In this document: positions 20,649-29,565 of the stretch, one piece after another
Layout of the letters: every line of letters begins with the position of its first letter
Position numbering within the stretch: the stretch's first letter is position 1
Source of the DNA: Bdellovibrio sp.
GTDB taxonomy: Bacteria > Bdellovibrionota > Bdellovibrionia > Bdellovibrionales > Bdellovibrionaceae
DNA: 64,000 nt
Assembly (NCBI GenBank): GCA_046318155.1
Contig: JBKCUU010000058.1
Span: forward strand, 1-64,000
Direction: 5' to 3'
Notes under the pieces: generated by a model
What the model saw: the letters and a program-made list of their open reading frames with translations, nothing else
What the model was told of the DNA's origin: nothing
Database searches by the model: none
Position numbers and translations under genes: made by a program

Positions 20649-21227
20649 ATGTACGCCATTATTCGCACAGGCGGAAAACAGTATAAAGTTCAAGCGGGTG
20701 ATGTGATCCGTGTTGAAAAGATTGAAAACCCATTGGGCACCGAGTTCAATTTAACAGACGTTTTGATGGTCGGCGGCGATTCACCTGTCTTCGGTCAACC
20801 GCTTGTTAAAAATGCACTTGTCACTGTTGTTGTGACAAAGCAGACGCGTCATCGCAAAGTCATCATTTTCAAGAAAAAACGCCGCCAAGGGTATCGCCGC
20901 TTCAAGACGCATCGTCAGCCCTTCACAGAGCTGTTCGTAAAAGCGATTGCTTTGGATGGTCGGTCGACAAAAGCAGAAGCCTCGGCAACCGTGATCGACG
21001 TTGATCAGCAGCGCAAAGATCGCATTACGAATCGCACAGTGGCTAAAAACGCAGTGAAGCAAGAGCGCAAATCAGCGGACCCTGCTGAAAAAGCGGCCGG
21101 CAAAGTGGCGAAGAAAAAAGTAGCTAAAAAAGCCGCTCCTAAAAGAGCGACCAAAAAAGCGTCTTCTAAAAATGGCGCAAAGAAAAAAGCAGCGAAAGCA
21201 GCTAAGAAGACATCGAAGAAGACGTAA
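20649..21227 (+). CDS. rplU: 50S ribosomal protein L21 with a long basic C-terminal extension
   Basis: MYAIIRTGGKQYKV...KKKRRQGYRR...HRQPFT; SD GGAGG; about 90 extra residues ending in K/A repeats. Confidence 0.96.
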   Translation: MYAIIRTGGKQYKVQAGDVIRVEKIENPLGTEFNLTDVLMVGGDSPVFGQPLVKNALVTVVVTKQTRHRKVIIFKKKRRQGYRRFKTHRQPFTELFVKAIALDGRSTKAEASATVIDVDQQRKDRITNRTVAKNAVKQERKSADPAEKAAGKVAKKKVAKKAAPKRATKKASSKNGAKKKAAKAAKKTSKKT

Positions 21228-21330
21228 TGAAATTAGGGCCCAGATGGCTCTGAAGTTTAAACGAGATTAATCGCATCGCATGTGCCGCCCTTACAAAAAG
21301 TTCGGCGCATTCATCAAGTAGAGGTGACCT

Positions 21331-21591
21331 ATGGCAAGTAAGAAGGCCGGTGGTAGTACAAAAAATGGTCGGGACTCCCAGAGTAAACGCCTCGGCGTTA
21401 AACGGTTTGGCGGACAAAAAGTTCTCGCCGGAACGATCCTGATTCGTCAGCGCGGAACAAAATTTCAAGTTGGCCGTAATGTTGGTTTGGGCCGAGATTA
21501 CACGATTTACTCGTTAATTGAAGGTTTCGTTAAATTTGAACGCGCTTCCAAAGAGCGTTTCAAAGTAAGCGTTCTTCCGACAGCTTCTTAA
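21331..21591 (+). CDS. rpmA: 50S ribosomal protein L27
   Basis: [31 protein letters not shown]. Confidence 0.98.
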   Translation: MASKKAGGSTKNGRDSQSKRLGVKRFGGQKVLAGTILIRQRGTKFQVGRNVGLGRDYTIYSLIEGFVKFERASKERFKVSVLPTAS

Positions 21592-21633
21592 GGCACAGCT
21601 TAAGAGCTTTCCGGACTTCGCGACTATTTATCG

Positions 21634-21657
21634 AAAAGGAGCCAGCGGCTCCTTTTT
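21634..21657 (+). terminator. Intrinsic terminator-like hairpin between rpmA and obgE
   Basis: AAAAGGAGCC-AGC-GGCTCCTTTTT. Confidence 0.7.
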
Positions 21658-21674
21658 GTCTTTGAGGCAAGAGC

Positions 21675-22712
21675 ATGCGTTTTATCGATGAAATTCAGAT
21701 CACAATCGCCTCCGGCCACGGTGGACCCGGAAAAATGAGCTTTCGACGTGAGGCGATGACTCCCCGCGGGGGACCCGATGGCGGCGACGGCGGCCGCGGT
21801 GGTGATTTAATTTTGAAGGTGACTCAAAACCTCAATTCTCTGGTCGATTACCGCTACAAAAAAAAATACGCCGCACAAGACGGCGCTCCCGGCGAGAGTT
21901 CAAATTGTTTTGGTGCCTCGGGTGAGGATCTTGAGCTTTTGGTTCCGCCCGGAACAATCGTGCGTAGTCTTGATGGCGAAATCCTGGTCGATATGACCGG
22001 AATCACCGAATACACACTTTTAAAAGGTGGACGCGGAGGAAAGGGAAATCACTATTTCAAAACCAGCGTCAATCAAGCTCCGGAACACTTTCAACCTGGG
22101 GAACCCGGCGTGGAAATGGACGTGAAGCTCGAATTGAAGTTGATCGCCGACGTAGGAATCGTGGGCTTCCCCAATGCGGGCAAATCAACTTTGATCTCTC
22201 GCATATCGGCAGCGCGCCCCAAAATTGCTGATTATCCTTTTACAACGCTAACGCCCAACTTAGGCGTCGTTAAAGCGGCCGAGTTTAAGTCCTTTGTCGT
22301 TGCTGATATTCCTGGATTGATCAAAGGCGCTCATGAAGGCGCAGGTCTTGGGATTCAGTTTTTGCGTCACATCGAGCGGACACGTTTGTTTGTTCATTTG
22401 ATTGATGTGTCGGGCACGTCGGGTGCAGATCCCTTGCAAGCTTACAAAGATATTCAGAATGAGCTTGAGATGTACGATCAGAACAACAAAGAAAAAGAAG
22501 GCTTTTTTCCTCTGGGAACACGCCCCCAAATTGTGGTTCTGAATAAAATTGAAACCCTACCAAAAGACGATCTCGACCGTCTGATGGCAAAATTTGAAAA
22601 ACTGTTGAACCACAAGCCCTTTGTGATTTCAGCTGTCACGGGAAAGAACGTCGACGGTCTGATTTTCGAAATTTCTAAGTTTCTTTTTTCTAATGAGGAG
22701 CTTCAAGCATGA
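21675..22712 (+). CDS. obgE: GTPase ObgE/CgtA
   Basis: GGPDGGDGGRGG, GFPNAGKST, DYPFTT, DIPG, NKIE. Confidence 0.96.
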   Translation: MRFIDEIQITIASGHGGPGKMSFRREAMTPRGGPDGGDGGRGGDLILKVTQNLNSLVDYRYKKKYAAQDGAPGESSNCFGASGEDLELLVPPGTIVRSLDGEILVDMTGITEYTLLKGGRGGKGNHYFKTSVNQAPEHFQPGEPGVEMDVKLELKLIADVGIVGFPNAGKSTLISRISAARPKIADYPFTTLTPNLGVVKAAEFKSFVVADIPGLIKGAHEGAGLGIQFLRHIERTRLFVHLIDVSGTSGADPLQAYKDIQNELEMYDQNNKEKEGFFPLGTRPQIVVLNKIETLPKDDLDRLMAKFEKLLNHKPFVISAVTGKNVDGLIFEISKFLFSNEELQA

Positions 22713-23737
22713 GAGTCGGAATTTTTGGTGGTAGCTTCAACCCTCCACACGTCGGTCACCTTAATGCAATCCAAGATGTCGCGAAGAAAACAGGACTAAA
22801 AAAAGTCCACATTATTCCAGCATCTCAGAACCCCTTAAAAATGAAAACCGAAGGTCCAACGCCCGAGCAGCGCCTCGAAATGGTGAAGCTCGCGTTCGGT
22901 GATGTCGGCGACATCTACAAGGTTGATGATCAAGAAATTAAGCGCGGCGGCGCAAGCTACACGATCGACACGGTCATGAACATGCGAAAAACGACTGAAG
23001 CTAAAGATCTTTTCTTAGTGATCGGTGCCGATAATCTCGAAGAGCTTTCGCAGTGGAAGGATTATCAAAAGATTCTTTCGGAAACGAACCTGGTTGTGAC
23101 CTCGCGTCCTGGCTGGGAGCTTCCAACAACAGCCGATGATCTTCCCAGCTTTTTACAGTCGATGGTGGAGGAGTTTGACTTTAATTTTGTCGAACTCAAA
23201 ACGGGACGTTCTATTCAGTTTGTTCGCCTTAAAGATGTTGAGCTTTCGGCCAGCGAGCTGCGCAAATGGATTCGCATTAGCAAAAACGTCGATAAATTTT
23301 TGCCCTTATCGGTGGAAAACTTTATTAAGCAGAACAAGATCTATGCTCCCATCGGTGACCGGATTCCTGACTACAAAAAGTTTACCGAATTTTGCGCCAA
23401 TGTTTTGTTCTCAAAAAAAGGCATTCAAGTTCGGGCTTTTGATCTGCGTCCGATGGCCGCTCCGTCTGAGTTTGCATTGATTTCTTCGGGAACAAGCACT
23501 CGTCACGCTTCTTCCTTAGGTGAAAACTTGATCCAAGCGGTTAAAGAAGAGTACAACCTTTATCCGTTAAGTATCGAAGGGATGGACGAGGGGCGCTGGG
23601 TGCTTTTGGATTACGGCTCGCTCATCGTGCACCTTTTTTACGACTTTGTTCGCCAAGAGTATTCACTCGAGAAGCTGTGGAAAGATGGCGTTGACCTTGC
23701 GCTGAAAGACCCTGATTTGGATAGGTCGCACACGTGA
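22709..23737 (+). CDS. nadD: Fusion of nicotinate-nucleotide adenylyltransferase NadD and ribosome silencing factor RsfS (Iojap)
   Basis: N-term GGSFNPPHVGH, SYTIDT, IGAD, LSASELR; C-term SGTSTRH, WVLLDYGSLIVHLF...YSLEKLW; one uninterrupted 342-aa ORF. Confidence 0.9.
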   Translation: MRVGIFGGSFNPPHVGHLNAIQDVAKKTGLKKVHIIPASQNPLKMKTEGPTPEQRLEMVKLAFGDVGDIYKVDDQEIKRGGASYTIDTVMNMRKTTEAKDLFLVIGADNLEELSQWKDYQKILSETNLVVTSRPGWELPTTADDLPSFLQSMVEEFDFNFVELKTGRSIQFVRLKDVELSASELRKWIRISKNVDKFLPLSVENFIKQNKIYAPIGDRIPDYKKFTEFCANVLFSKKGIQVRAFDLRPMAAPSEFALISSGTSTRHASSLGENLIQAVKEEYNLYPLSIEGMDEGRWVLLDYGSLIVHLFYDFVRQEYSLEKLWKDGVDLALKDPDLDRSHT

Positions 23738-24204
23738 AGTTTGTCTTTTTGCACCTTTCGACGGCGCACGAAGAATGGTGTGATAAAGCAGTCGCTCATT
23801 ACACCCCAAAAATATCCCATTTTGTTGACTTTGAAATCGTCTTGCTCAAACCCAAAAAGGCGGCGCGAAATGTGTCCGCCACTAAGGTTCAACACGAAAC
23901 CGAGGCGATTCTTCAGTATTTGAAACCAGAAGATGAGCTTGTTTTGTTTGATGAGCGTGGCAAAGCCCTTCCATCCGAAAAGTTTGCTGATGAAATTCGT
24001 CGCCTTCATGACTCAGGAAAAAAGCGAGTTGTCTTTTTAATCGGCGGTGCTTTTGGTGTGGGAGTCGATGTTAAAAAAAGAGCACGGGTGCAGCTGGGGC
24101 TTGCTCCGTTTGTGATGAATCACCTTGTTGCTCAGGTCGTTGCCCTCGAGCAAGTCTACCGATCATTTACGATCATCAAGAATCTTCCCTATCATAATGC
24201 TTGA
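23734..24204 (+). CDS. rlmH: 23S rRNA m3Psi1915 methyltransferase RlmH
   Basis: FDERGK, FLIGGAFG, EQVYRSFTI...PYH; usual position after rsfS. Confidence 0.93.
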   Translation: MKFVFLHLSTAHEEWCDKAVAHYTPKISHFVDFEIVLLKPKKAARNVSATKVQHETEAILQYLKPEDELVLFDERGKALPSEKFADEIRRLHDSGKKRVVFLIGGAFGVGVDVKKRARVQLGLAPFVMNHLVAQVVALEQVYRSFTIIKNLPYHNA

Positions 24205-24208
24205 CCCC

Positions 24209-25162
24209 TTAGGGTTGCGGAAGCGTGCGCAGAAAGGCCAGAATTTCGGTCACGACCTCCGCGGTTGAAGACGGCGAAAGCGTGTCGCCAGCTAAAACGT
24301 GATCTTCAGCTTTGATCCATTTAATCTTGCACACATTTTTGGGTGCACGGCTGATAAACTTCGCCGCTTTCTGTGGATCAATGACCGAATCACTTTCATT
24401 TAGAAAAACCAGGCAAGGGACTCGAAGGTTTTCGACGGGCATTCGCTTAACGGCGTTTACCATATCAAGCAGTGCTGTGAGCCCTTCGACTCGGTACTTG
24501 GTTGTCCAGTACTCACCGTGGCGTTCATTCTTTGGTTTCCATTCATAATAATCACCTAAAATAAGACGAGCCATCAAGGGGCCGAGAGGTCCACCGGCGA
24601 GCCAGGCCTCTTTTTTAGAAGCTCCAAAATTAGGTGAGATCAAAATAATCGCTGTCAAATCTGGGTGCCATAAGGCCTGAGCCAGCGCGAGCGTTCCACC
24701 TGTTGAAGTTCCGACCAACACCCGGTTGCGTCCGATTTCTTTTAAAACTTGATAGGCTTCTTCGGAATCGCGAAAGAAATCATCAGCACTCAAAGATTTG
24801 AACCCCTCGCCATCAAGACCGTGCTGCGTGAGCCGCGACCAAAAAACATTTGCTCGCATGAGTTCAGAGATCTGCTCAAGGGTGGGTGAGATCTCTTTTC
24901 GCGAGGCCGAAAAACCATGCAGGTAGGCAAAGGCCCACGGCGTTTGTTGGCCCCGAGACAGGGCCCAAGTGATGTCTTTTGCCTGGCCGTGGCGGGAAGG
25001 AATAAGTTCCTCGGCAGCGCTGAGGTCCGCAGTCCAATTTTTTGTCAGCCCAAGCTGAGGAGGGCCCGGTCGATACCAGGGACGTTCAAAGCAAGCTCCT
25101 GCGGCAATGAGCAATAAAAAAATGAGGACTGAAATCCGGATCCACCATCTTTTGCGTCTCAT
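24209..25162 (-). CDS. Alpha/beta hydrolase (esterase/lipase-like) with N-terminal membrane anchor
   Basis: LHGF oxyanion motif, GTSTGG nucleophile elbow, C-terminal D and H; start uncertain. Confidence 0.85.
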   Translation of the reverse strand: MRRKRWWIRISVLIFLLLIAAGACFERPWYRPGPPQLGLTKNWTADLSAAEELIPSRHGQAKDITWALSRGQQTPWAFAYLHGFSASRKEISPTLEQISELMRANVFWSRLTQHGLDGEGFKSLSADDFFRDSEEAYQVLKEIGRNRVLVGTSTGGTLALAQALWHPDLTAIILISPNFGASKKEAWLAGGPLGPLMARLILGDYYEWKPKNERHGEYWTTKYRVEGLTALLDMVNAVKRMPVENLRVPCLVFLNESDSVIDPQKAAKFISRAPKNVCKIKWIKAEDHVLAGDTLSPSSTAEVVTEILAFLRTLPQP

Positions 25163-25210
25163 TTTGTGAGTCCAACAGAGAACCCATGAGCTTTGCAAGG
25201 CCTAAGCAAG

Positions 25211-25879
25211 ATGCGCCAAAGCATATCGTTGATTCGAAATTTTGTTTATTCTGATCCTTGCTGTCTTTGCGGCTCGTATCAAAGGCAATCAGGTCCGTGC
25301 TGCCAGCAGTGCTGGAGCCATCTGATTCAAAAATATCAAAGTCAAATTCCTGATCGCCGCGGAAATGCACGCATTCTTTCTCTGTTGAACTGGGTTCCTG
25401 GGGATGGGCTTCAGATTGCGCAGCTCGTGAAGTCGTTAAAGGATCTTCACCAAGAAGGTGCATGGAGTTGGGTCGCGCAAGAGTGGCTGCTCGGAACGTC
25501 TTGGCCGGGTCAGCGTCCCACTGCGCCTCAAGATTTAATCTTGGTCCCGATCCCGAGCGCGACAAACAGAAAGCATGCCCTGTACTTTGCTCGAGCACTT
25601 TCAAGAATACTCAGATTGCCCGTGCATGACATCCTGAGGTTTGACCATGCCGACGCGGCGTCAGAACAAAAAAAGCTAAAGCGCCAGCAAAGGCTTAGAC
25701 GGCGTCTTCGTTGTCGTGAAGATATTACAATTTCAGGCGTGAAAGCATCGCGGATTGTCCTCATTGATGATGTCATTACGACGGGCGGGACCGCCGAAGC
25801 GGCCCGTCAGGCGCTGGGACTCAACAGCGTCGAGGTTTGGTGCTTGGCTGACCGAAGACAACTTGCGGCAAGTCCTTGA
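25211..25879 (+). CDS. comF: ComF family protein (Zn ribbon + phosphoribosyltransferase)
   Basis: CCLCG...CCQQC, LVPIP, VLIDDVITTGGT; start uncertain. Confidence 0.82.
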   Translation: MRQSISLIRNFVYSDPCCLCGSYQRQSGPCCQQCWSHLIQKYQSQIPDRRGNARILSLLNWVPGDGLQIAQLVKSLKDLHQEGAWSWVAQEWLLGTSWPGQRPTAPQDLILVPIPSATNRKHALYFARALSRILRLPVHDILRFDHADAASEQKKLKRQQRLRRRLRCREDITISGVKASRIVLIDDVITTGGTAEAARQALGLNSVEVWCLADRRQLAASP

Positions 25880-25902
25880 TTCTGTTAGGCAGTAGGTCCT
25901 TT

Positions 25903-26568
25903 ATGCAAATGAAATGCGTCCTCCATAACTTTGCTCTTTTTGTTATCACCGCGTTTTTGTTTGATGCGTCGGCATCGGTCCAGTCAGTCGATGTTTTGAA
26001 ACCGTTGAAAGACACGATGTTGGCGTTTCGAACTGCGAAGATGGTCGACTTTAGGATCGAGAGAACAACTTTCAGTGATTTTACTGGTGAAAAAAAAGCG
26101 TTAGCCACGGCGGCGTTGTCGGGATCTTTGTTTCGTCTTGAAGTTCAAGGTCCGCCAAAGGAGATCATCGTTTACGACGGAAAATTTGTTTGGGTCGCAC
26201 AGTATCCAGATCCCAATTTTCCGGGTCCTGTCCAAGTTTTGAAATCAAAAGTGACCGGGCAGCAAAAGCAGCAACTGATTCTTTCTGAGCTTGTTTCGAA
26301 CGGCAAACTTCTGGATTGGTTCGAGATGATAAAGACGGGCGAACAAGATGGGGTTGCTACTTACGTCGGCACGCCAAAAGAGAAACGCACTGAGCTCAAA
26401 AAAGTAACCTTGCAAGTGCAGGGCCGTGAACTCAAGTCACTTGAATACGTCGACGAGATCGGCAACCGAGTCCGTTACAAGATCTTAAAACAAAAGCTTC
26501 TCACAAATCCGCAGCCGCTTAAGTTTAAGTTCAATCCGCCCAAGGGAGCTCAGGTGTCAGAATCATGA
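25903..26568 (+). CDS. lolA: Outer-membrane lipoprotein carrier LolA family protein
   Basis: Signal peptide, FRLE...IIVYDGKFVWV, YVDEIGN, FKFNPPKGAQV. Confidence 0.78.
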   Translation: MQMKCVLHNFALFVITAFLFDASASVQSVDVLKPLKDTMLAFRTAKMVDFRIERTTFSDFTGEKKALATAALSGSLFRLEVQGPPKEIIVYDGKFVWVAQYPDPNFPGPVQVLKSKVTGQQKQQLILSELVSNGKLLDWFEMIKTGEQDGVATYVGTPKEKRTELKKVTLQVQGRELKSLEYVDEIGNRVRYKILKQKLLTNPQPLKFKFNPPKGAQVSES

Positions 26569-27959
26569 ACAACGAACAAACGTCAAACGCAGCTCCCCAA
26601 AAAGTTCACTTCATTAGTTTGGGTTGTCCGAAGAATTTAGTCGATAGCGAGATCATGGCCGGTACACTTATGAAAGACGGCTACGAAGTTGTCGGAGACG
26701 CCGACCGTGCCGACACCGTCATCGTCAACACGTGCGGATTTATCGAGGATAGCAAAAAAGAATCGATCCAGCGTATTCTAGATATGTCTCAACTCAAAGA
26801 GAACGGACAGATAAAGCGTCTCGTGGTCGCTGGATGTCTCACTCAAAGATACAAGGGTGACTTGGTCGAGGGGCTCCCCGAGGCCGATCTTTTTGTTGGC
26901 TCTGGAGAGTTTCAGAATATTTCTAAAATCTTGCGAGACCATGATAAAGGCGATGGTAAAAGGACTTTCTTTAGTCTTCCGACCTACTTGCAAGAAGAGT
27001 CCACGCCGCGCGTAAACTCGCAGCCCGCTCACCGTGCTTATCTAAAAATATCTGAAGGTTGCCTTAAGCGATGTGCTTTTTGTGCGATTCCTTTGATCCG
27101 AGGAAATCTGCAATCGCGAACACTTGCAAATGTTGTTAACGAAGCCAAACTTCTTGCTGCCGGCGGAGTTAAAGAGCTCATCGTGATTTCCCATGACTTT
27201 ACTGATTACGGTTGGGATCTGAGACGTCAAAATCCCGAAGCAAAAGAAAACCCTGTCGAGCTTTTACGCGCGTTAGCTGAGATCGCGGGTATTCAGTGGA
27301 TTCGCCTGCTTTATCTTTACCCAGATGGAATTACTCCCGAGCTTGTTGAGCTCATTAAAAACAATCCCAAGTTCTGTCGATACTTTGATATGCCCTTGCA
27401 GCACATCAACGACGATGTTCTTAAAAAGATGAATCGCAAGATGACCCGCGGTGAAATTGAATCAGCTATTAAAATGATTCGGACCGAAATCCCAGATGCC
27501 GTGATTCGCACTCAGTTTATCGTGGGATTTCCGGGCGAGACGGAAGCACAATTTGAAGAAGTTCTGGAGTTTATCGCGGAACAAAAGTTTGACCGCGTTG
27601 GTTGCTTTCAATATTCGCCTGAAGAGAACACTCCGGGTGGAAAGATGCCGGAGCAGTTAGACGATGCGACCAAGCAGCGCCGCTTTGAGGCGCTCATGGA
27701 AGTGCAGCAAAACATTTCGCGCCAAAAGCACCAAGCCATGATCGGCCGTGTGTTTGAAGTCTTGGTCGAAGGCTATTCCGAAGAGACAGATCTTCTTTTG
27801 CAGGGTCGAAATTCGCAGCAGGCGCCTGATATTGACGGAGTCACCCTCATCAATGATGGACAAGCCAAAGTCGGCCAAATGGTTCACGTCCAAATTACAG
27901 ACGCGATGGACTACGATTTCATCGGGCGCATTTTAACTCCGGAGGAGCTCAACTCGTGA
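26565..27959 (+). CDS. rimO: Ribosomal protein S12 methylthiotransferase RimO
   Basis: SLGCPKNLVDSE, NTCGFI, GCLKRCAFCAIP, C-terminal TRAM domain (APDIDG). Confidence 0.95.
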   Translation: MNNEQTSNAAPQKVHFISLGCPKNLVDSEIMAGTLMKDGYEVVGDADRADTVIVNTCGFIEDSKKESIQRILDMSQLKENGQIKRLVVAGCLTQRYKGDLVEGLPEADLFVGSGEFQNISKILRDHDKGDGKRTFFSLPTYLQEESTPRVNSQPAHRAYLKISEGCLKRCAFCAIPLIRGNLQSRTLANVVNEAKLLAAGGVKELIVISHDFTDYGWDLRRQNPEAKENPVELLRALAEIAGIQWIRLLYLYPDGITPELVELIKNNPKFCRYFDMPLQHINDDVLKKMNRKMTRGEIESAIKMIRTEIPDAVIRTQFIVGFPGETEAQFEEVLEFIAEQKFDRVGCFQYSPEENTPGGKMPEQLDDATKQRRFEALMEVQQNISRQKHQAMIGRVFEVLVEGYSEETDLLLQGRNSQQAPDIDGVTLINDGQAKVGQMVHVQITDAMDYDFIGRILTPEELNS

Positions 27960-28474
27960 TGGGCTTAGCGGTTTTGGTTTTTAACAGCCATGGTGCGGCC
28001 TACCAAGCCTTGCATTTGATCGGGCTTGAGCCAGCACTTGAGTGTCTCGAGTTGATTCCAATGGGCTCACAGGCCCAACTCCTGATCAAGGGCGCTCCAG
28101 AAAAGCTGCGAGCCTTCTTGCCGCAGTTGTCAGTCGCGGATGTTGAATCCATTACTTTTGTTGAAAAATGGAATCAAAAAATTGAACGCGCCTTTTACAG
28201 CCTCGAACACTCGAAACTGCGCGAATCGTTGATCTTTATCGAGAATAAATCTTTAGGACCTTTGTTCTTGGCTGCCGAGGCGGGAATTGAAAGAGGCTAC
28301 GAGATTGTTGACCTAAAAATTCCTCGCGGCAGCGTGCGCTGGGGCATTCTGATCTTGACCGGTGACAGTGAAGCGAGTGAATCGCTTCAAGACCTTCGCG
28401 TTAAAGGCAATCAGGTGACACAAATTCAGTCGCCCTCTGGATTACTAAGAAAATACTTTGATATTGAAGTCTGA
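27956..28474 (+). CDS. Hypothetical protein, possibly a divergent tandem BMC-domain (PduT-like) protein
   Basis: Two repeats matching the BMC pattern by eye (GLAVLVFNS...LLIKG; SLIFIENKS...AAE...ILILTGD...IQSP); GTGA overlap with rimO. Confidence 0.55.
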   Translation: MMGLAVLVFNSHGAAYQALHLIGLEPALECLELIPMGSQAQLLIKGAPEKLRAFLPQLSVADVESITFVEKWNQKIERAFYSLEHSKLRESLIFIENKSLGPLFLAAEAGIERGYEIVDLKIPRGSVRWGILILTGDSEASESLQDLRVKGNQVTQIQSPSGLLRKYFDIEV

Positions 28475-28478
28475 GACC

Positions 28479-29528
28479 TTATTCAGTACCCGATCCAAGA
28501 CCGCAGGTATCCGTGAGGTTCTCGAACTTTGCGGCCCACTCTGTATTTTTTTGCTGTTTCATCTGGGCATTCGCCTTACGGACGTTGATGTGGGCAGATC
28601 TGTTGAGGGCACAGGCTTTTTCTAGGGCTTTAAATGCTTCATCTGGCTTCTGTATCTCGAGTGAACTTGTCGCTAGGCCAATCAGTGCTTTCATGGATTT
28701 AGGGTTCGCGATCGCGGCCTGATTGAAGTACTTGAACGCCGATACGAAGTTCTTTTCCTCTTCAAAGTGTGTGGCCATCGACATCTGAGCCAATTCTGAT
28801 TTGGGGAACGAGTCTGCGGCTTTTTTATAATTTTCCATAGCTTTTTTGGGCTGGCCCGTCTCTTTGTATGTCATGGCCAGATAGACATAGTTTGACGGCT
28901 CAGAGGGCTTGAGCTTAATTCCTTCAGGGCAATATTCGAGACTGCCATTTTTTGCTAGGTAGTGGCCCCCAAGAGCGGTCAGCTCGCAAAGCTTTGTGAT
29001 GTAGTTGGGTTTGCGGCCTACTTTTTCTTGCGAGATTAAATCTTGATAAAGTAGGCGCTGCTCGTACTTTGAATCTTTTGATTCGCGTCCTGCATTTTTG
29101 TACTCACGGCGTTCATAAATCTTGGCGATATCGAGATAGGCGGCTTCGTAGGCGGGATTAATGACCAAGGCATCTCGAAACGCCACCATGGCTTCTTTAT
29201 CTTTTCCGAGGTGCGTGTATTCGACGCCAATTAAGCGTTTCGCAGCAGCATCCTTCGGATTTTCTGCAATTGAAGCTTCATAGGTTTTAATCGCGATCAA
29301 GTGATTGCCTTTTTCGGAGTGGGCTTGAGCCAAAAGGTGGATTTCATCCCGACCCATTTTATCAAGATGTGGACCCAGAAGTTCGATGACTCGATCCCAG
29401 TGCTTATTGCGAAATGCAATTTGAGCTGCCTGGAGGTTCTGGGCTTCAGCTAAGCCAGCCCAAAGACCAATCATTATTAAGCAAAGACAAAGACTTAGCT
29501 TGTTTCTGAAGCAACCGCTCATCCACAT
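28479..29528 (-). CDS. Secreted tetratricopeptide-repeat protein
   Basis: Signal peptide (..LAEA), repeated TPR-like helices ending in NP/KP/FP; start uncertain. Confidence 0.8.
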   Translation of the reverse strand: MWMSGCFRNKLSLCLCLIMIGLWAGLAEAQNLQAAQIAFRNKHWDRVIELLGPHLDKMGRDEIHLLAQAHSEKGNHLIAIKTYEASIAENPKDAAAKRLIGVEYTHLGKDKEAMVAFRDALVINPAYEAAYLDIAKIYERREYKNAGRESKDSKYEQRLLYQDLISQEKVGRKPNYITKLCELTALGGHYLAKNGSLEYCPEGIKLKPSEPSNYVYLAMTYKETGQPKKAMENYKKAADSFPKSELAQMSMATHFEEEKNFVSAFKYFNQAAIANPKSMKALIGLATSSLEIQKPDEAFKALEKACALNRSAHINVRKANAQMKQQKNTEWAAKFENLTDTCGLGSGTE

Positions 29529-29565
29529 ATGCTAAAATTTTAGAGGAAGTCGATGGAGAGCGCTA

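Noticed and set aside
21228..21330. Prp (YsxB) protease gene between rplU and rpmA
   Set aside because: The spacer is only 103 nt and L27 has no N-terminal extension needing cleavage
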